A stretch of 47,131 nucleotides of DNA from an uncultured Planctomycetota bacterium (GCA_963823665.1 CAWGMQ010000001.1:1-47131); one strand, 5' to 3'. Counted from the first letter of the stretch, positions 20,051 through 29,815 are shown. Notes: generated by a model not told the origin, from the sequence alone. Program-made: numbers and translations.

Positions 20051-21709
20051 CTATGAATGATACTCGCCAAATACCTCGCGCAGCACCCCGCAAATCTCAC
20101 CGGTGGAGCAATACGCTCGCACGGCGTCAAGGATCGGCGGCATCAGATTTCGTGACTCCTCCGCGGCAACGCGACGCAGCGCCGCGAGCGAGGTCGCGAC
20201 CGCGCGACTATCCCGCTGCGATCTCACTTGATTGAGCCGGTCGATCTCGCGCTGACGAACCTCTTCGCCGACCTCAAACATGTGCATGTGCGGCGCCTCG
20301 TCGTCAGTGTGGTCGTTCACTCCGACAACGATCCTCTCCTTCTTGTCAATCCCGCGTGACCATTCAAACGCGGTGCGATCGATTAATTCTCTCACGATTC
20401 CGCCTTCGATCGCCGCGACCATTCCGCCCATCTCGTCGATCTGCTTGATGAGCCGCTCGGCCTCCGCTTCGATCGCATCGGTCAGATGCTCCACATAGAA
20501 GCTTCCGCCTAGCGGGTCCACGGTGCTGGTGACACCCGTTTCATAAGCAATCACTTGCTGCGTGCGAAGCGCCAGTCGCACCGATTCTTCACTCGGCAGC
20601 GCGAGCGCCTCATCCTTGCTGTTGGTGTGCAGGCTCTGCGTTCCTCCGAGCACGGCGGCCAGCGCCTGGAGGCTCACCCGCACGACGTTGTTCTCCGGCT
20701 GCTGTGCCGTCAGTGTGGCACCGCTCGTCTGCGTGTGGAACCGCAGCATCATACTCTCGGCCTTCTTGGCCTGAAACCTCTCGCGAATGATTCGGGCATA
20801 AAGCCGGCGAGCCGCACGGAACTTGGCGATTTCTTCGAAGAAATCCGAATGTGCCGCGAAGAAGAACGCCAGCCGCGGCGCGAAGTCGTCGATGTGCAAC
20901 CCTGCCTTGAGGGCTGTTTCGATGTAGCAGATCGCATCCGCGAGTGTGAACGCAAGCTCCTGCACCGCCGATGCACCTGCCTCGCGAATGTGATATCCGC
21001 TGATCGAGATCGTATTCCAGTGCGGCACATTCCGGCTGCAGTACTCGAACGTGTTCTCGATCAGACGCAGGCTCGGCTTGGGTGGAAAGATGTATGTGCC
21101 GCGCGCGATGTACTCCTTGAGAATGTCGTTCTGGATCGTACCCCGCAGTTGCACCGGATCGATCCCCTGCTTTTCCGCGACAGCCACGTACATCGCGAGC
21201 AGAACAGCGGCAGGGGCGTTGATGGTCATCGACGTCGAGACCTGGTCGAGCGGAATGCCGTCGAAGAGGGCCTCCATGTCGGCAAGCGTGTTGATCGCCA
21301 CGCCCACCTTTCCGACTTCACCGACACAGAGAGCATGGTCCGAGTCGAGACCAATCTGCGTGGGCAGGTCGAATGCGATGCTGAGCCCGGTCGATCCCTG
21401 GGCCAGAAGATATCGATTGCGTTTGTTCGATTCCTCGGCGGTCGAATACCCTGCGTACTCGCGCATAGTCCAGAGCCGGCCGCGGTACATCGTCGGATGG
21501 GCACCGCGGGTAAACGGAAACGTCCCGGGAAACCCAAGCCGGTCACGATAGCGATCGACGCCATCCTGGTCGGGCAGGTAGAGCCTCTCAACCGGCAGCC
21601 CCGACGCCGTCGTGAAGCTCTCACTCCGCTCCGGGAAATGGGCGAGGGAATCCTTGAGCGCGCCCTCCGACCACTTCGCCGCGTCGTCTTCAATGTCCCG
21701 CGGAATCAT
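20051..21709 (-). CDS. methylmalonyl-CoA mutase, substrate-binding (large) subunit
   Basis: [64 protein letters not shown]; no fused B12 domain. Confidence 0.93.
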   Translation of the reverse strand: MIPRDIEDDAAKWSEGALKDSLAHFPERSESFTTASGLPVERLYLPDQDGVDRYRDRLGFPGTFPFTRGAHPTMYRGRLWTMREYAGYSTAEESNKRNRYLLAQGSTGLSIAFDLPTQIGLDSDHALCVGEVGKVGVAINTLADMEALFDGIPLDQVSTSMTINAPAAVLLAMYVAVAEKQGIDPVQLRGTIQNDILKEYIARGTYIFPPKPSLRLIENTFEYCSRNVPHWNTISISGYHIREAGASAVQELAFTLADAICYIETALKAGLHIDDFAPRLAFFFAAHSDFFEEIAKFRAARRLYARIIRERFQAKKAESMMLRFHTQTSGATLTAQQPENNVVRVSLQALAAVLGGTQSLHTNSKDEALALPSEESVRLALRTQQVIAYETGVTSTVDPLGGSFYVEHLTDAIEAEAERLIKQIDEMGGMVAAIEGGIVRELIDRTAFEWSRGIDKKERIVVGVNDHTDDEAPHMHMFEVGEEVRQREIDRLNQVRSQRDSRAVATSLAALRRVAAEESRNLMPPILDAVRAYCSTGEICGVLREVFGEYHS

Positions 21710-21781
21710 CGAGCTACTGCCCTCTCTTGGTCGTCGACCTTGGACTTCAAAGCCGCCGCAATCGCGGCTTCGAGCGTGAAT

Positions 21782-22195
21782 TCATTCGACGCTTGCATGG
21801 CTCCGTTCCTCGAGCATTCGTTCGATCGAGGTCAAAATCGAATCCGCCGAGGCGCCAGGTGTGAAGATCGCTTTCACGCCAATCCCGCTCATGTAGGCAA
21901 AATCGTCCGGGTGGATCAGCCCGCCGCCGAACACCAGAATACTCTCGGCCCCTCTTTCCGCAAGCAGGTCGATCACGCGTTTGAAATGGACCTTGTGCGC
22001 TCCGCTCATCACCGAGAGCCCGATCGCGTCGACATTTGCCTCGATCGCCATATTCACGATCTCTTCCGGGCTGCGGCGGATGCCCGTGTAGAGCACCTCA
22101 TAGCCCGCGTCGCGCAGCAGTTGGACGATGTACTTCGCCCCGCGGTCGTGTCCGTCAAGGCCCGGTTTACCGATCAAGATGCGTCCCTTGGCCAT
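21782..22195 (-). CDS. cobalamin-binding (small) subunit of the mutase
   Basis: KPGLDGHDRGAK (DxHxxG), IGLSVMSGAH, FGGG. Confidence 0.93.
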   Translation of the reverse strand: MAKGRILIGKPGLDGHDRGAKYIVQLLRDAGYEVLYTGIRRSPEEIVNMAIEANVDAIGLSVMSGAHKVHFKRVIDLLAERGAESILVFGGGLIHPDDFAYMSGIGVKAIFTPGASADSILTSIERMLEERSHASVE

Positions 22196-22207
22196 CACAT
22201 CAGCCCT

Positions 22208-22408
22208 TCACGTGGACATCCACCAGATGCAAAGTCCCACCAGAACGGTGCCCGCGATCACCCACAACGTGATCCGCACGACCAGCCGATAACCCGGATC
22301 AATCGGTCGAACGTGATGGGTGTGCGTGGGATGATGGGCCGGCTGGACATGCTTCGCATGATGCGGTTGCTTCGGCGGCTGTTCCGAGCCACTCGGCTGT
22401 GTGTCCAT
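22208..22408 (-). CDS. 66-aa His/Pro-rich protein with a C-terminal transmembrane helix
   Basis: ATG 22408 after GGGGGTGA, directly downstream of attenuator E; PHHAKHVQPAHHPTHTHH then ITLWVIAGTVLVGLCIWW. Confidence 0.6.
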   Translation of the reverse strand: MDTQPSGSEQPPKQPHHAKHVQPAHHPTHTHHVRPIDPGYRLVVRITLWVIAGTVLVGLCIWWMST

Positions 22409-22421
22409 TTGAGTCACCCCC

Positions 22422-22510
22422 AAAAAAACGCCCGCGTGACCGCTCACTGGCGATCGCACGGGCTGCCGCAACCCCGGTTTGCCCGCCCCTCGTGAGCAAG
22501 CAAATGACCC
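22422..22510 (-). promoter_or_regulatory. dual-hairpin attenuator E upstream of the mutase-scpB-pfkA operon
   Basis: minus strand: P1 TTTGCTTGCTC-ACGAG-GGGCGGGCAAA, P2 GGGTT-GCGGC-AGCCC overlapping terminator GCCCGTGCGATCGC..GCGGTCACGCGGGC then G-T7. Confidence 0.82.
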
Positions 22511-22514
22511 CCAC

Positions 22515-22543
22515 ATGCTAGACGCCGACCGCGCCACAAGCAA
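22515..22543 (-). promoter_or_regulatory. sigma70-like promoter of attenuator E
   Basis: minus strand: TTGCTT, 17-nt spacer, TAGCAT. Confidence 0.65.
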
Positions 22544-22572
22544 GGGCCTCCTGCGCTCACGCAAAATCGTCG

Positions 22573-23556
22573 TCAACACCTGCCTGCCCGCCGCTTTTCC
22601 CCGGCTGCGCGACCACTGCCCGCTGCGGCGTAATACTCTGCGCACTCGTCTTCACGGCCGCGAACGATTCGTCGCCCCGTCAGCGAGCCGTATCGCGCCG
22701 TCACGACAGTCCACTGACCGTGGCCGCCGTCATCGTCTCGGTAGATGATCACCCAATCATGCGTCGTGCCTAGCTCGTGAGCTCTCGCGGTGTTCGAATA
22801 GAGTGCTGTGTAATGGTTGGCTCCGCGCTGCATATGCATGATCGGCAGCCATGATTCATGAGTGGGATTGAATCGCAAAGGGGCGATCCGCGGCAAGCGG
22901 CCCGCCTTGGCTTGCTCCCGATATTCCCGATCCATCTCCAGCAGGTCCGACACGGACGGCTCCCGGGCCCCCAGGTGCACAGGAACAGGAACAGAAACAG
23001 AAAAAGCCGCGGCACTGACCAGCTTGGTCGGGCGGCGGAAGCGACCGGCGAGCGCCTCGCGAATGCCTCTGATGCGCTTCGGCCCCATGCCCTGCACGCG
23101 GGTCAGGCGCCCATCATTCGCCGCGGCTTCCAGTTCCTGCAACGATTCGATTCCAAGCTGCTCGTGAATGCGGCATGCCGTTTCCAGACCGATTCCCGGC
23201 AGAGTGCGGAAATCGTGCTCCGGCCCAGCCTGGCCGCGCAACCGCATGAGCAGCCCGGATCGGCCGGTGCGCGCCAGCCGCTCGATTGAGCGGCCCAGCG
23301 ACTCGCCAATGCCCGGCAGGCGCAAGAGGCCTTCCAAGCCCTCACGGTCCAGAATCTCGTGGACCTGGTCCGGCCGGTCCCGCAGAATCTGAGCCGCCGA
23401 TCGGTAGGCGCGAACCCGAAAAACGTTCGCTCCCTGGGATTCCAGCAGCCCGGCGACCTCGTCGAGGCACACGGCAATTTGCTGGTTGTCCAGCGGAAGC
23501 GCCAGCTCAGAGGTTTTATCGTCGCGTTTGGACAATGGGGAGGTCCTCCACTTCAT
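22573..23556 (-). CDS. helix-hairpin-helix protein with PolX-like N-terminus and an uncharacterised C-terminal domain
   Basis: DNQQIA..LDEVA.LLE.QGANVFRVRAYR.AA; HhH motifs LPGIGE, LPGIGL, VQGMGPKR; no polymerase palm or PHP domain; start uncertain. Confidence 0.8.
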   Translation of the reverse strand: MKWRTSPLSKRDDKTSELALPLDNQQIAVCLDEVAGLLESQGANVFRVRAYRSAAQILRDRPDQVHEILDREGLEGLLRLPGIGESLGRSIERLARTGRSGLLMRLRGQAGPEHDFRTLPGIGLETACRIHEQLGIESLQELEAAANDGRLTRVQGMGPKRIRGIREALAGRFRRPTKLVSAAAFSVSVPVPVHLGAREPSVSDLLEMDREYREQAKAGRLPRIAPLRFNPTHESWLPIMHMQRGANHYTALYSNTARAHELGTTHDWVIIYRDDDGGHGQWTVVTARYGSLTGRRIVRGREDECAEYYAAAGSGRAAGEKRRAGRC

Positions 23557-23777
23557 TCTACCCGGAATTCCTGGAATGCGACGTCAATCGGTGGAACCAA
23601 TCAACGCGGTGGCCATCTCACTCAGCAACATTCGCGCAACATCGCTTGGAATCGAAATCGCAGAGCGTGCGATAATCTGATCCACGCGGTGCTCGGTGCA
23701 ACGCCTGCGTGAAGACATTCTCGAGGCAGGATGCCCCGCGCTGACCTCCTTCGATCGATCACCGGGAGCATCTCCGC

Positions 23778-26700
23778 ATGTCGAAGGTCGAGGTTGACCG
23801 CAACCTGCTCTTCGGGCTGCTCGCGATCCAGACCGGCCTGGTCGGCCAGGGAGCGTTGTTCGCGGCTTTCAACGCCTGGACTCGCGACAAGACTCGATCG
23901 CTCGCCGAAATCCTCCTCGAGCAGGGCGAGCTCGACGCGGGTCGCCGTTCGATACTCGAGGGTCTGCTCGACGTGCACCTCAAGGTTCACGATGATGCCC
24001 CGGAGAAGAGCTTGGCTGCCATCGAGACAGGCCCTTCGATCCGCGAACAACTCTCTCGAATCCGCGATAGCGATCTGAATGCCAGCATCGCCTTGATCGG
24101 GGCAAACCATCGTCCGGAGACGGCGGTCGCCGACGACTCTCCGCCTGTCGTCGTGCCTCCCTCGTCCGTTGGCATCCGCTTCGATCGAACGGAAGAGCAC
24201 CTTGCTGAACAGGTCCGCCGCTGGGGCCAGGGCGAGCGCGTGCCTGTCGAGGAATTCCTGGAACGCGAGCCCGGGCTGAGTAACGATTCCGACGCCCTTC
24301 TCGACTTGATCTACAACGAGGTCGTGCTGCGCGAACATCGAGGAGAGGCACCCGCCGCCGACGAATACGTCAGCCGTTTTCCGGCGCTCGGCGACGAGAT
24401 TCGCAGGCAGTTCGATATCCACGATATGTTCTCGCACGAGGAAGCTCCATCGAGCGCGGCCGTTGCCGGGGGGGCGTCGAGTTTCGCCGTCGGCACATCG
24501 TCGTCTCGCGGTTCGCGGTTCCGCGTTCTCCGGCCGCACGCCAGAGGCGGCTTGGGCGCGGTTTTCGTCGCGCTCGACACCGAGCTGCACCGTGAGGTGG
24601 CGCTCAAGCAGATTCACGACGAGCTCGCCGACGACCCGGTGAGCCGCCGGCGCTTCCAGATCGAGGCCGAAATCGCCGGCGGACTCGAGCACCCCGGCAT
24701 CGTCCCGGTCTATGGGGTCGGAACCTACGCGAACGGACGCCCGTTCTACGCCATGCGCTTCATCAGGGGTGAAAGCCTCAAAGAAGCCATCGCCGCATTT
24801 CATTCCGACGAAGCCTTGAAGCGTGATCCCGGCCGGCGCTCGCTCGAACAGCAAAAGCTCCTGCGCCGCTTCCTGGACGTCTGCAACGCGATCGAATATG
24901 CGCACAGCCGCGGCGTCCTCCACCGCGACTTGAAGCCGAGCAATATCATCGTCGGCAAACATGGTGAGACCCTCGTCGTCGATTGGGGCCTGGCCAAGTC
25001 CGTGGGCCGGGCCCAACCCGACGTGGTGCAAGAGGAGCGAACCCTGGTTCCTTCCTCGGGCAGCGGCAGCTCCGAGACGCTGCCCGGCTCGGCGCTGGGA
25101 ACGCCGGCATTCATGAGTCCCGAACAAGCCCACGGCGACCTCGAGTGGCTGGGGCCACGATCAGACGTCTACAGTTTGGGGGCGACGCTCTACGCACTGC
25201 TCACCGGCCGCCCGCCGTTCCAGGGCGACAATGTTGGCGCGGTGCTGGACGCCGTCTGGAGGGGCGACTTCGAGCGACCCAGGAAGCTCAATCCGTCGAT
25301 TGCCGCGCCGCTCGAGGCGATCTGCCTGAAGGCGATGGCGCGAATCCCGCTTGATCGCTACGCATCATCGCGCGCGCTGGCCGACGACATCGAGCGCTGG
25401 ATAGCCGATGAACCGGTCTCAGCTCGACCAGAGCCCCTCTCCGAGCGCGCCCGGCGGTGGGCGCGGCAACACCGCTTGTCCGTCACCGCGGCCGCCGCTT
25501 CCTTGCTCGTTGCGCTCGTCGCTTCGATCGCGATCGCCGCGCTCTCGGCCATGGCCGCCCGCCGTGAGCGCCTCCTGGCCGGAAAGGAGCATGACGCGAG
25601 CTCCTTGGCCAAGGCCCGTCTCGAACAGGTCGAAAGGGGCAACGAGCTGCTCGCCTCGGTATTCAGGGACCTGGATCCGCGCTCGGAAAAACGTGAGCAC
25701 AAGCCCCTCCGCGCCATCTTGGGCGAGCGTTTGACTCAGGCCGCCGCGGCTCTGGACGGCGAATCGGTTGGTGACGCGCTCACGGTCGCGAAACTCCAAG
25801 AGGTCCTCGCGCAGAGCCAGGCTAACCTCGGCAATACCGCCGAGGCCATCACCCTCGAGCTTCGTGCTTACCAGACGCATCACGCCCGTCTCGGGCCCAA
25901 CAATCCCCGGACGCTCGCCAGCCGAAGCAGCCTCTTCGCGCTCTATCACGCCGCAGGCCGTGCCGCTGAGGTGATCAAGCAGCATGAAGCGACGCTCAAG
26001 ACCCAGCAGGCGACACTTGGCCCCGCTCACCGCGACACACTCCAGAGCAGAGGCAACCTCGCCACCGCGTACCTGTCGTTCGGCCGTCCGTCCCAGGCGG
26101 CCGCGGAGTTCGAGGCGGCGCTCAAGTTGAGCGAACAGGCTCTCGGCCAGGAAGATCCATTGACTCTCAACCTCCGCGGCGGTCTGGCCGAGGCGTACCG
26201 CGCACTTGACCGGCCCGACGAGGCGGCGACGCTGCATGAGCAGAATCTCCGCGTGCAACAGCGGAGGCTCGGGCCGGACCACATCGAGACTCTGAACGGT
26301 ATGGAAAACCTCGCCGCGACACATTTTGATGCGGGTCGCCTGGAACAGGCGCTCGCACTCTATGAACAATCCCTCAACCTCTACCGATCCAGCCTCGGCC
26401 GTGACCATCCCGACACACTCCTGAGCAGCCAGAACCTCGGGGTCATTTTCGAACGGGTCGGCCGCACGCAAGAGGCCATTGATCTGCTCGCGGAGACGCT
26501 CAGCTTGATGGAGGCGAAGCTCGGATCCGTTCACCCCAGCACGCTCGTCTGCCGCTCGAGCCTCGCCCGCGCCTACCGGAGTGCCGGGCGCCTCGATGAG
26601 GCGATTCGTCTGTTCGAGGTGAATGCCAGAGCCGAGGAAGCGACACTCGGCGCCAACCACTCCGGCACCCTCCGGACCCGCTCGAGCCTCGCCGCCACAT

Positions 26701-27173
26701 ACCTGGCAGCCGGCCGCACCGCCGACGCAATCGCCTTGTTCGAACCCACCTTGCTCGCGCTCGAGGCCAACCTGGGCGTGGACAATGGTATCGCGATGCC
26801 GTGCCGCTACAACCTCGCCGCGGCCTACCGCTCCGCCGGCCGCACGGACGAAGCGATGGCGCTGCTTCAAAAAGACCTGAAGATCATGATTCCCAAGCTC
26901 GGCCCGGACGATCCGGAGACCCTCTGGGTCAGGGCGAACATCGCCGAGACCCTGCGCGTCACCGGGCACGCGGTCGAGGCAATCCCTCTCTTCGAAACAG
27001 TTCTCGCAGCGCTCGAGCCCAAGCTGCGCAAAGACCATCCCCGAATATTCGAAATCCGCACCAACCTCGCCGCCGCTCGCCGGACGGCGAAGCCCGAACA
27101 GCCTGGCAAGCCGCACTCGAAAGCCCCACCCGCCGACCTCCCCGCCGACCTGTTCGCCCAGCCGCGTCCCTGA
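23778..27173 (+). CDS. Ser/Thr protein kinase with kinesin-light-chain-like TPR repeats
   Basis: HARGGLGAV, VALK, HRDLKPSN, DWGLAK, GTPAFMSPEQ, SDVYSLG; TM segment; about 42-aa LGPDHP.TL...NLA..Y repeats. Confidence 0.95.
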   Translation: MSKVEVDRNLLFGLLAIQTGLVGQGALFAAFNAWTRDKTRSLAEILLEQGELDAGRRSILEGLLDVHLKVHDDAPEKSLAAIETGPSIREQLSRIRDSDLNASIALIGANHRPETAVADDSPPVVVPPSSVGIRFDRTEEHLAEQVRRWGQGERVPVEEFLEREPGLSNDSDALLDLIYNEVVLREHRGEAPAADEYVSRFPALGDEIRRQFDIHDMFSHEEAPSSAAVAGGASSFAVGTSSSRGSRFRVLRPHARGGLGAVFVALDTELHREVALKQIHDELADDPVSRRRFQIEAEIAGGLEHPGIVPVYGVGTYANGRPFYAMRFIRGESLKEAIAAFHSDEALKRDPGRRSLEQQKLLRRFLDVCNAIEYAHSRGVLHRDLKPSNIIVGKHGETLVVDWGLAKSVGRAQPDVVQEERTLVPSSGSGSSETLPGSALGTPAFMSPEQAHGDLEWLGPRSDVYSLGATLYALLTGRPPFQGDNVGAVLDAVWRGDFERPRKLNPSIAAPLEAICLKAMARIPLDRYASSRALADDIERWIADEPVSARPEPLSERARRWARQHRLSVTAAAASLLVALVASIAIAALSAMAARRERLLAGKEHDASSLAKARLEQVERGNELLASVFRDLDPRSEKREHKPLRAILGERLTQAAAALDGESVGDALTVAKLQEVLAQSQANLGNTAEAITLELRAYQTHHARLGPNNPRTLASRSSLFALYHAAGRAAEVIKQHEATLKTQQATLGPAHRDTLQSRGNLATAYLSFGRPSQAAAEFEAALKLSEQALGQEDPLTLNLRGGLAEAYRALDRPDEAATLHEQNLRVQQRRLGPDHIETLNGMENLAATHFDAGRLEQALALYEQSLNLYRSSLGRDHPDTLLSSQNLGVIFERVGRTQEAIDLLAETLSLMEAKLGSVHPSTLVCRSSLARAYRSAGRLDEAIRLFEVNARAEEATLGANHSGTLRTRSSLAATYLAAGRTADAIALFEPTLLALEANLGVDNGIAMPCRYNLAAAYRSAGRTDEAMALLQKDLKIMIPKLGPDDPETLWVRANIAETLRVTGHAVEAIPLFETVLAALEPKLRKDHPRIFEIRTNLAAARRTAKPEQPGKPHSKAPPADLPADLFAQPRP

Positions 27174-27188
27174 GCTGTTCACCATCCC

Positions 27189-27215
27189 GGGAGCGCGAGG
27201 CTCCCGCGCAGCCGC
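27189..27215. repeat. REP-like palindrome after the kinase stop
   Basis: GGGAGCGCGAGGCTCCC hairpin followed by GCGCAGCCGC. Confidence 0.45.
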
Positions 27216-27342
27216 GCAAGCGTTGGCCTGCACGAGAAGCGAAACCGCGCCGACCTGGACCACTCTCCGTCTCCCCCGCCGAGTCCAACCCACTGCGGAT
27301 TTCGTTTTGATCATTCGACGATGCACCTTGCTCTATAAGCAC

Positions 27343-29478
27343 TTAGCGCCGCCGTTTCCCCGCGGTGAGCTGAAGAATCACAACCGTCGCCACCGCGGCC
27401 GCCAGCGCATGCAGCAGGATGACCAGAAGTGCCACAACCCATTCCGCTTTTTCTCGCTTGAGCAGCATTCGATCAGTATCCGAAAGCAATCGTTCAATCG
27501 CTTGCTGGCCCCAGTAGACGGTGATGAATCCTCGCGCCAGATACTTGACGAATCCCTTGAGCGGGACGACGAGCCCCGCCAGGATGATCTGCGGGATTAC
27601 GGCAATCGGCACCAGAGCCGTTGCCACCTCTTCCGTCCGGGCCACCGCCGAGATAAGCAGCCCGACGGCGGTTCCCGCGACCGCTAAAGCGGCGAGCGTC
27701 GCCCACTGCGCTGCCGCCTGCCCCGGCGGATGGCACCAGGGCCGAACGATGCCGAAGAGCATCGTCGCCTGAAGAGTGCCAACCAGGGCGAGCACCAGCA
27801 GCTTTGAGACGAAATAGCTCATGATCCGAAGGTTGTAGTCCCGCTCGCGCTGGAAGATCACGCGCTCCTTGACTAGCTCCTTGGCCGCCGTGTTGCACCC
27901 GAACCAGAAACACGACACAACCATCAGGTTGAACAGGTTTACGGTATGCGCAAGCCGGTCGCGCAAATCGGACTCCTCGTTCACGTTTCCGAACACCATC
28001 CCAAGCAAGATCGATACCAGGAAGCTCTGCGCGAGCAAGGCCAGCAGCGCCTGGTGATCGCCTCGCCAGATCGCGACATACCGTCGGATCAGCACCCAGG
28101 TTTGCCGCATTGCGCCGGGTCCGCCCGGCGCCGGACCAGCCGGCGCCACGTGCGCCACCCGTCCCGGGACCGCCGCCGAAGGCAGTCTGTCCGTCACGTA
28201 GTGCTTGTAAAGTGGGCTCGATCGAAAGCGGTCGTGCCATTCGTCCGGCGTTCGTTCGGCGAGCTTCAAGTACACGTCGCCAAGCCGCGCCATGCCGAAA
28301 TAGCTCTTGGCTTCCTCCGGCGTTCCCACGAACGCCAGTCGGCCGCCCTCGGTCAGGATCACGACCAGGTGACACGTCGCCTCGACATTGGCCAGACTGT
28401 GCGTGATGCACACGACCGTCTTGCCCCCGTCAGCCACCTGCCGGAACAACCCCATCACCTCGCGGTCGGTCTGCTCGTCGAGCCCCGACGTCACTTCGTC
28501 CAGGAACAGCAGGCTCGGCCGCGCAACCAGCTCATTGGCCAGACTCGCCCGCTTCACCTGCCCGCCGCTCAGGTGCCTGATCAAGATGTCGCGCCGGCTG
28601 GAAAGGCCAACCACTTCCAGGATGTCGGCAACACTCGCTTCGAGCTCATCACGCGTGAGATCCGACGGTAACCGCAGCTCCGCCGTATAGCCAAGTGCGG
28701 CTCCCGTGGCCAGCGAGTCGTGCAAGATGTCCTTCTGGGGCACGACTGCGATGTCCCCCTTGAGGGCCTCGAAATCGGCGTAGAGGTTTTCGCCGTTGAG
28801 TGTCACGACCCCGCGTGACGGCGGGTTCCGTCCACTCAGGATTTCCAGCAGCGTTGACTTCCCCGAACCGCTCGGCCCGAGCACGCAGACGAACTCCTTG
28901 GGACGAACCACCAGGCTGATGTCGGTCAGAAGCGCCACAGGCTTGCCCGTAACGCGGTCCTGTACAACTCGCTGCAGTCCGTTCGCGGCAAGCTCGATGT
29001 TGTTCGACCGCGACCTGCTCACGAGCGCCGTGCCGTCAAACTGACTGGAAAATGGCCCGATGTCGATGCGATCGCCCGGTACCAGGGTCGTCGCCTTCGT
29101 GATCTGACGGCCATTCACAAATGTGCCGTTCGAGCTATCCAGGTCCGCAATCACGACCCGTCGGCCTTCCACCGTCACACTGGCGTGCCGCCGCGAGACG
29201 TGAGGATGATCGAGCAGGAATTGGACCGACTCCGCGCCGCGGCCGATCAATCCGCCCTCACCGACCACGAACCGCTCCGAGCTCTCCGACCCTCGAAGCA
29301 AAGCACGATGTCGCACGTCGGCCCGGAAAGTCTGCGAGCGCTCGCGAGGGAGCATTGACTCGTCGGTCGGCGTCAAATCATCCGCACCGTCGGCCCCGGC
29401 AACTCGTTCCTCCCCTTCCGGTCTCTGTTCCAGGTGCTTGGCCAGTTCCTCCGGGGTAGGGTCGTCAAGTTCGTTCAT
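27343..29478 (-). CDS. FHA-domain ABC transporter (FHA, NBD, ABC-2 permease; Rv1747-like architecture)
   Basis: FHA IGRG...VSRRHA...DLDSSNGTFVNG; Walker A GPSGSGKST; LSGGQ; LFLDEVTSGLD; hydrophobic C-terminus; likely start ATG 29478. Confidence 0.92.
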   Translation of the reverse strand: MNELDDPTPEELAKHLEQRPEGEERVAGADGADDLTPTDESMLPRERSQTFRADVRHRALLRGSESSERFVVGEGGLIGRGAESVQFLLDHPHVSRRHASVTVEGRRVVIADLDSSNGTFVNGRQITKATTLVPGDRIDIGPFSSQFDGTALVSRSRSNNIELAANGLQRVVQDRVTGKPVALLTDISLVVRPKEFVCVLGPSGSGKSTLLEILSGRNPPSRGVVTLNGENLYADFEALKGDIAVVPQKDILHDSLATGAALGYTAELRLPSDLTRDELEASVADILEVVGLSSRRDILIRHLSGGQVKRASLANELVARPSLLFLDEVTSGLDEQTDREVMGLFRQVADGGKTVVCITHSLANVEATCHLVVILTEGGRLAFVGTPEEAKSYFGMARLGDVYLKLAERTPDEWHDRFRSSPLYKHYVTDRLPSAAVPGRVAHVAPAGPAPGGPGAMRQTWVLIRRYVAIWRGDHQALLALLAQSFLVSILLGMVFGNVNEESDLRDRLAHTVNLFNLMVVSCFWFGCNTAAKELVKERVIFQRERDYNLRIMSYFVSKLLVLALVGTLQATMLFGIVRPWCHPPGQAAAQWATLAALAVAGTAVGLLISAVARTEEVATALVPIAVIPQIILAGLVVPLKGFVKYLARGFITVYWGQQAIERLLSDTDRMLLKREKAEWVVALLVILLHALAAAVATVVILQLTAGKRRR

Positions 29479-29815
29479 GGCGTGTGAGCAAAGACTCTCG
29501 GCATCCAAGTGCTGGCGATTGGGCAATTTCCATCGGCACGGGGCTCTCCCGAGCAGGCTCGTCCCCGTCGAGCGTGGCCAACGAATATCGTAGGGCCCCC
29601 ACCCCCCCGGCACAATGCCTCCGAATCCGCGGGCCCCGTCTATGGCTCCTGAGCTAAACTCCCCTTGAGGCGTTCCGCCAACGTTGCTTGGAATCGCGAT
29701 TGGACTCATGCGATAATGCAGGTCTTCCGTATCACGAATGAGGAACGCCTCGGCATCCGTCTCGCGGCCGACTTCCTCATCCCGACTCTTCGCCCGGCCA
29801 CCGAGGGTCCTATCT

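Noticed and set aside
23581..23646. degenerate attenuator upstream of the PolX-like gene
   Set aside because: The P2 stem is mismatched, loop spacing is 18 nt and the downstream hairpin lacks a U-tract; at most a relic.
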